DNA of 64,000 nucleotides from contig QQSB01000006.1 in NCBI GenBank assembly GCA_003602515.1, forward strand, positions 16,234 to 80,233, in the 5' to 3' direction. A program made the position numbers and the translations under genes. The notes beneath the pieces are model-generated. The model worked only from the letters and a program-made list of their open reading frames with translations, searched no databases and was not told the origin of the DNA. Position 1 is the first letter of the stretch. Each line of letters opens with the position of its first letter. The DNA comes from Candidatus Poseidoniales archaeon. GTDB taxonomy: Archaea; Thermoplasmatota; Poseidoniia; Poseidoniales; Thalassarchaeaceae. Positions 59,835-64,000 of this stretch are shown here, piece by piece.

Positions 59835-60854
59835 ATGGATAGACAATTACTAGAGAAAAATGCGAGAGAATTGGTATCGCCAGGAAGAGGTATACTGGCT
59901 GCGGATGAGAGCAATGGTACAATGTCCAGCCGACTTGAGGCGGTAGGCATCGAACCCTCTCCCGAGGCAAGAAGAGCTTATCGCACAAACCTATTCTCCA
60001 CCGAGGGATACGAATCCGCGATTAGCGGAGTGATACTATTCGATGAAACGATCCGCCAATCTATGGATAATGGCAAGAAAATTACTCAAGAACTATCAGA
60101 AAGAGGAGTCCTTCCAGGGATCAAAGTCGATACAGGAGCAAAGGAACTGGCCCTATTCGAAGGTGAGAAGATAACTGAGGGCCTTGATGGCCTCAGGGAA
60201 AGGTGCAAAGAATATTTTTCGATGGGTGCCAGATTCGCAAAATGGCGAGCAGTGATCAGGATTGGCGATGGTATTCCAAGCACTGCATGCCTCTACACAA
60301 ACGCTCATGCTCTTGCAAGATATTCCGCTATCTGCCAAGAACAGGGACTAGTCCCAATTATCGAGCCGGAGGTGCTAATGGATGGTGACCATGACGCTAG
60401 GACTTGCTTCGACGTCACGTCTTCGATTCTCGACGCCACTTTCGCAGAGTGTGAGAAACAGGGAGTCCATATCCCAGGGGCTCTATTGAAGCCAAACATG
60501 ATTATCGCTGGAAAGGAAAGTGAAGATCAGATTTCTAGAGAGGAAGTTGCTAGACTTACTGTGGATTGTCTATCAAAACATGTCCCCCATGAATTGCCAG
60601 GGATAGTTTTCCTCTCGGGGGGGCAGTCGGATGCAGACGCGACAGCACATCTCAATCTCATGAATGATATGGGGGTCGAACATCCTTGGCAACTATCCTA
60701 CTCTTACGGTAGGGCCCTTCAGGCGGATGCCCTGATAAAGTGGTCAGGCGATGGTGGAGACTCGGCTTCCGCCAGCCAAGCAGCGTTCTTGCATAGGGCA
60801 AAAATGAACAGCCTAGCCAGAAGTGGTGATTGGAGTCAAGATCTAGAAGGTTGA
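59835..60854 (+). CDS. Class I fructose-bisphosphate aldolase (eukaryotic/bacterial type)
   Basis: 'GILAADES', 'GIKVD', 'FAKWR', 'PIIEPEV', Schiff-base Lys 'LLKPNM', 'FLSGGQS', 'SYGRALQ'. Confidence 0.93.
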   Translation: MDRQLLEKNARELVSPGRGILAADESNGTMSSRLEAVGIEPSPEARRAYRTNLFSTEGYESAISGVILFDETIRQSMDNGKKITQELSERGVLPGIKVDTGAKELALFEGEKITEGLDGLRERCKEYFSMGARFAKWRAVIRIGDGIPSTACLYTNAHALARYSAICQEQGLVPIIEPEVLMDGDHDARTCFDVTSSILDATFAECEKQGVHIPGALLKPNMIIAGKESEDQISREEVARLTVDCLSKHVPHELPGIVFLSGGQSDADATAHLNLMNDMGVEHPWQLSYSYGRALQADALIKWSGDGGDSASASQAAFLHRAKMNSLARSGDWSQDLEG

Positions 60855-61109
60855 TCAGGACTTTTCTTCCAATGCCCCAGGTCTAACTTGCCAAACACAT
60901 ATTTCGTATCTGCCCGAAAGTGCTCCACCTCTCTTAGTAGTAGCAACCTTGAGGATATCCTTGTCTTTGGAAAGTACATTTCCAAGCTGTTGCGGTGTAG
61001 TTCCATGTCTCATCGTTGAGTTCACATGCTCCAGAATTTCAGTGGTGTTAGCCTCGCCTCTTTCGTCCAGGAATTTTTTGATTTTTTGCCTTAGTCTGGT
61101 AGTCCTCAT
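60855..61109 (-). CDS. Small basic winged-helix protein (DUF3860-like)
   Basis: 'LRQKIKKFL...NTTEILEHVN...HGTTPQQLGNVLSKD...YEICVW' recalled as a Thermoplasmata-conserved family; not verified by search. Confidence 0.72.
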   Translation of the reverse strand: MRTTRLRQKIKKFLDERGEANTTEILEHVNSTMRHGTTPQQLGNVLSKDKDILKVATTKRGGALSGRYEICVWQVRPGALEEKS

Positions 61110-61363
61110 AATTTCACTCTACTTCTTTTCTGGACACTCACATTGTCCGATAATTACAGGATGGCGGATGGTAATATAATGCTTCTGTATGTATTTCCAC
61201 TCTTTGGTTACAAATAATGACATATTTCTCCATGTTATTCTCTGTTGTAATTGTATCTTCATCGGTTTAGGAAGATTTCCACTGGAAACTTATAACTAAA
61301 TGTAACAAAAACAAATAATTTATTACTATCTAATAGTTAGTCTCATTCTGTAGGTGTTTTTTG
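61110..61363. promoter_or_regulatory. AT-rich divergent intergenic region with an ORB-like palindrome (TTTCCACTGGAAAC, 61276-61289)
   Basis: Longest and most AT-rich non-coding stretch in the window; its reverse complement GTTTCCAGTGGAAA resembles the core of archaeal origin recognition boxes. Confidence 0.45.
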
Positions 61364-63991
61364 ATGTCAGATACTTCCCTCGTCGACCGGAAAAAACCAC
61401 CAAGAAGAATTAGGAGTAAGCATCGAAGAAGGGTACTTTCTATTCTTGCTCAGGGGGAGGGGACAGTCTCCGAAATTTCTCTCAAGTCTAATCTAAGGAT
61501 GCCTCACGTATCTGCAGAGATAAAGAGGATGAGGGACGATGGTCTAGTAACCAGCGATCTACCACCCGGCTCAAGGGGGGCCAGGATTAGACTAACAGAA
61601 AGTGGATGGAGTATTCTTGAGGATGACGAATGGTCGAAAATATTGGAATTACAAGATTTACCATTGGACATGCATAGCTGCTGTGTACTATCTAGGGACG
61701 AAGAAAATCTAACTTTGTGTTTTTTGACTACTCCAAGGGAAACAATGGTGCAGATTCCAAACCGTATCCAGAAGTCCTTGTCGGAGAACGAAAAGTCCAC
61801 CAGAAATCATGGGGTGTCATGGAATTGGGCCGTTCTCTCAGAAAGCTCGCCTAGATGGTTTGATTGTAGGAATGTGGAGGTCCTAGAATCTCCACCAGAA
61901 TTAGCAGGACCGGGAAGTATTGACGCCTATTCCGAAAAATCCCCAATCATAGGTGTAGTTAGGGCCAAGCTACTAGATTCAAACGCTATTCCAATCATTT
62001 CCCCTGGGGTTTGGTTCACACAACCCGATCAAATCCAACGTGCACCCCTGGATGAGCCTACTTATCACAGGGGCGACTGGATTTTAGGCTCACCACACCG
62101 CAAATCTCCCGATATCAGGCCTTCTCGGCCAGTTGCTGCCGCGATTAAGGAGAGGCTCCCCCGCTCTGTTCTACTGAGATCAGCCAGGGTAAATTCACTT
62201 CTACTTGCAGATTTAAGCGGTTTGGATATGGAGGGGGTAAAGTATCCGATAGGGGCTCTGGACTATTGGATTGCGATCGCTCATCCAAGGTTAACAGAGG
62301 CAGAGAGGAGTAGGAGATTAGCATCCCTTAGGGATAGAATTTCTACCTCTAGGAGAACTAAGGTCGCGGAATCAACACTTAGGAAATTTAGGAAGGAATG
62401 GGGGAGCAGATCCTTCTCAAGCGATGAGTCAAATATCAAATCAATCGATTTGAGAGGCCTTGGAAAATCTGTCACAGAGTCCCTAATCAGGTGGTCAATA
62501 GGTAGGAATGACAAGCCTCTGGTAATCGAACTTCAGCATAAATTGCCCGATTCACTTTTGTCTCAAATCTCCTCTGATTCAAATCTAAGATTGATAATAA
62601 TGAATAATGTTTCTAATCATTTTTCTTCCTTCGATATCTTGAAAATCGATAAAATCAGGACTCTTCCTTGGTTGAGTTTTCAAACAATTTCAGGACCTAT
62701 TATTCCAGTCAGAATGAAAGAGCAGGTCAGCTCGACAGTAGATTACCCCGAAGATGATGAGAGTACCAAAATCTCTCCTTGGGAAATATTGGGGTCCCCC
62801 TCAGCAAATGACGAATTTCACCATGAAATCGATCCTCATTCTGAATCGATAGTTAGATCGGCACTATCACAATTCCCTCATGGGGATGAAGAATGGGCGA
62901 ACCAAATGGAGGCCAGGTATCCACTTGCCGCGTGGATCGCGTCCCCTAAGGAGACTAGATGGCAAAGATGGCAACGCGTCTCATCACGATTAGATTCAGA
63001 ATGGATGGCGCTCTTGGATCTGGATTTTCTGCCAATAGAGAGAATTTCAGAGCTCGCAGACCAAGCTCCAGAATCAGTAAAGCAGGTTTTCTCTGAAACA
63101 ATCACCTCAATACTAAGGGCAGATCCAGACAATCTCCTTAGATCGTGGCCTGCAATCGATCCAACCCATGCAAATAGTGGTGCGGCTTGGCTAGCTTCAC
63201 ATTTCATCCAGAACTCAGCATGGCTTCCCAAGGAGTCTTATTCAGATATTCTTGGCTGGGCTGTTGAGGCTTGGCTTTCAGATCCTCCAAGAGAGTCTCT
63301 CGAAGCCCTTATTGGCCTCAAGTGGCTATATGAGTTCGAAAACAAATCTCAAGAAGAACTTGACAAGGCGATGATGAGAATCAGGGATGTTGGCTCTGAA
63401 CTCCCCCAAGGCCACCATCTAAACACATGGTCCAGGCTCTATGATTTCTCTTCGGGCAATAGGGAAAACAATCTAGATGACATTGCTCTATTCATCCATG
63501 ATCTTCCCAATTCCTGGTGGGCACCATTCTCCTCAGAATTTTTGATTGAGATTCTGAATAGTTCTGAACCTGAGAATTATCTAGAGTTAGAAATTCCATG
63601 GTGTTCAGTAATTCTTCGTCCTGTTGGTGAGATTTCTGATGCACCAGGACTCTCCTCAACTACTCATAAGGGGTGCTCCTCGGGATTATTGCCGCACTTG
63701 CACTCTTTCATAAGAAAAATCCCAGATATCCCTGATTCCACTTCTTTCAACCATATTTTGGACTTAATCAATGCTATCGAAGCCGCTAGAGCAGAAAGAA
63801 CACCTTTGGTAGGAAGGGCCCACAAATTTTCTGGTTGGCTAGCACAACCCAAAGAGAAATGGCCAGACTTCACAATGAAAATGATGATGGATGGAGATAT
63901 CAGTATCTCAGAAAGACTAATTTTGGGTAAGTCCGGTTTCCATGCAGAGTTGATAGAAATAGATGATTCAGTGAAACCGTTGGGTTCTTGA
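61364..63991 (+). CDS. Large hypothetical protein with N-terminal ArsR/MarR-like winged HTH
   Basis: 'RRRVLSILAQGEGTVSEISLKSNLRMPHVSAEIKRMRDDGLV...IRLTESG' wHTH; the remaining ~780 aa are unrecognised, with a Trp-rich helical C-terminal half. Confidence 0.75.
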   Translation: MSDTSLVDRKKPPRRIRSKHRRRVLSILAQGEGTVSEISLKSNLRMPHVSAEIKRMRDDGLVTSDLPPGSRGARIRLTESGWSILEDDEWSKILELQDLPLDMHSCCVLSRDEENLTLCFLTTPRETMVQIPNRIQKSLSENEKSTRNHGVSWNWAVLSESSPRWFDCRNVEVLESPPELAGPGSIDAYSEKSPIIGVVRAKLLDSNAIPIISPGVWFTQPDQIQRAPLDEPTYHRGDWILGSPHRKSPDIRPSRPVAAAIKERLPRSVLLRSARVNSLLLADLSGLDMEGVKYPIGALDYWIAIAHPRLTEAERSRRLASLRDRISTSRRTKVAESTLRKFRKEWGSRSFSSDESNIKSIDLRGLGKSVTESLIRWSIGRNDKPLVIELQHKLPDSLLSQISSDSNLRLIIMNNVSNHFSSFDILKIDKIRTLPWLSFQTISGPIIPVRMKEQVSSTVDYPEDDESTKISPWEILGSPSANDEFHHEIDPHSESIVRSALSQFPHGDEEWANQMEARYPLAAWIASPKETRWQRWQRVSSRLDSEWMALLDLDFLPIERISELADQAPESVKQVFSETITSILRADPDNLLRSWPAIDPTHANSGAAWLASHFIQNSAWLPKESYSDILGWAVEAWLSDPPRESLEALIGLKWLYEFENKSQEELDKAMMRIRDVGSELPQGHHLNTWSRLYDFSSGNRENNLDDIALFIHDLPNSWWAPFSSEFLIEILNSSEPENYLELEIPWCSVILRPVGEISDAPGLSSTTHKGCSSGLLPHLHSFIRKIPDIPDSTSFNHILDLINAIEAARAERTPLVGRAHKFSGWLAQPKEKWPDFTMKMMMDGDISISERLILGKSGFHAELIEIDDSVKPLGS

Positions 63992-64000
63992 GCGAATCTT

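Overview
Gene-dense chromosomal segment of a Thermoplasmata-like archaeon, most likely Marine Group II / Poseidoniales. This assignment is an inference from archaeal TPI, Bud32, ABCE1, a thermosome-like chaperonin, PriS-like and DUF3860/DUF6015-like proteins, mixed with many bacterial-type metabolic genes, secreted peptidases and lipoproteins. It holds about 56 CDS and one tRNA-Gly(GCC). I saw no CRISPR array, rRNA, integrase or transposase. Content: translation and nucleotide housekeeping (thrS, pyrG, ABCE1, Bud32, ITPase), chaperones (divergent thermosome, sHsp-like, dnaK, distant grpE), peptidases, NAD/thiamine/Moco cofactor genes, sucCD, gluconeogenesis (tpiA, glpX, class I aldolase), ppk2, a tandem squalene/phytoene synthase pair, and an aromatic/lipid catabolic block (Rieske oxygenase, lipase, BoxB-like diiron epoxidase, crotonase, hydroxyacyl-CoA dehydrogenase). 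Most striking observations: (i) an Mrp/NBP35 Fe-S carrier whose CxxC loop is replaced by an Ig-like insert, co-occurring with an ABCE1 whose two [4Fe-4S] motifs are broken; (ii) a compact Box-like operon in an archaeon; (iii) an AT-rich intergenic region with an ORB-like palindrome between two uncharacterised winged-helix genes; (iv) a divergent PriS-like AEP near an SF2 helicase. All calls come from motif recognition only; no searches were run, and start codons are my best estimates.
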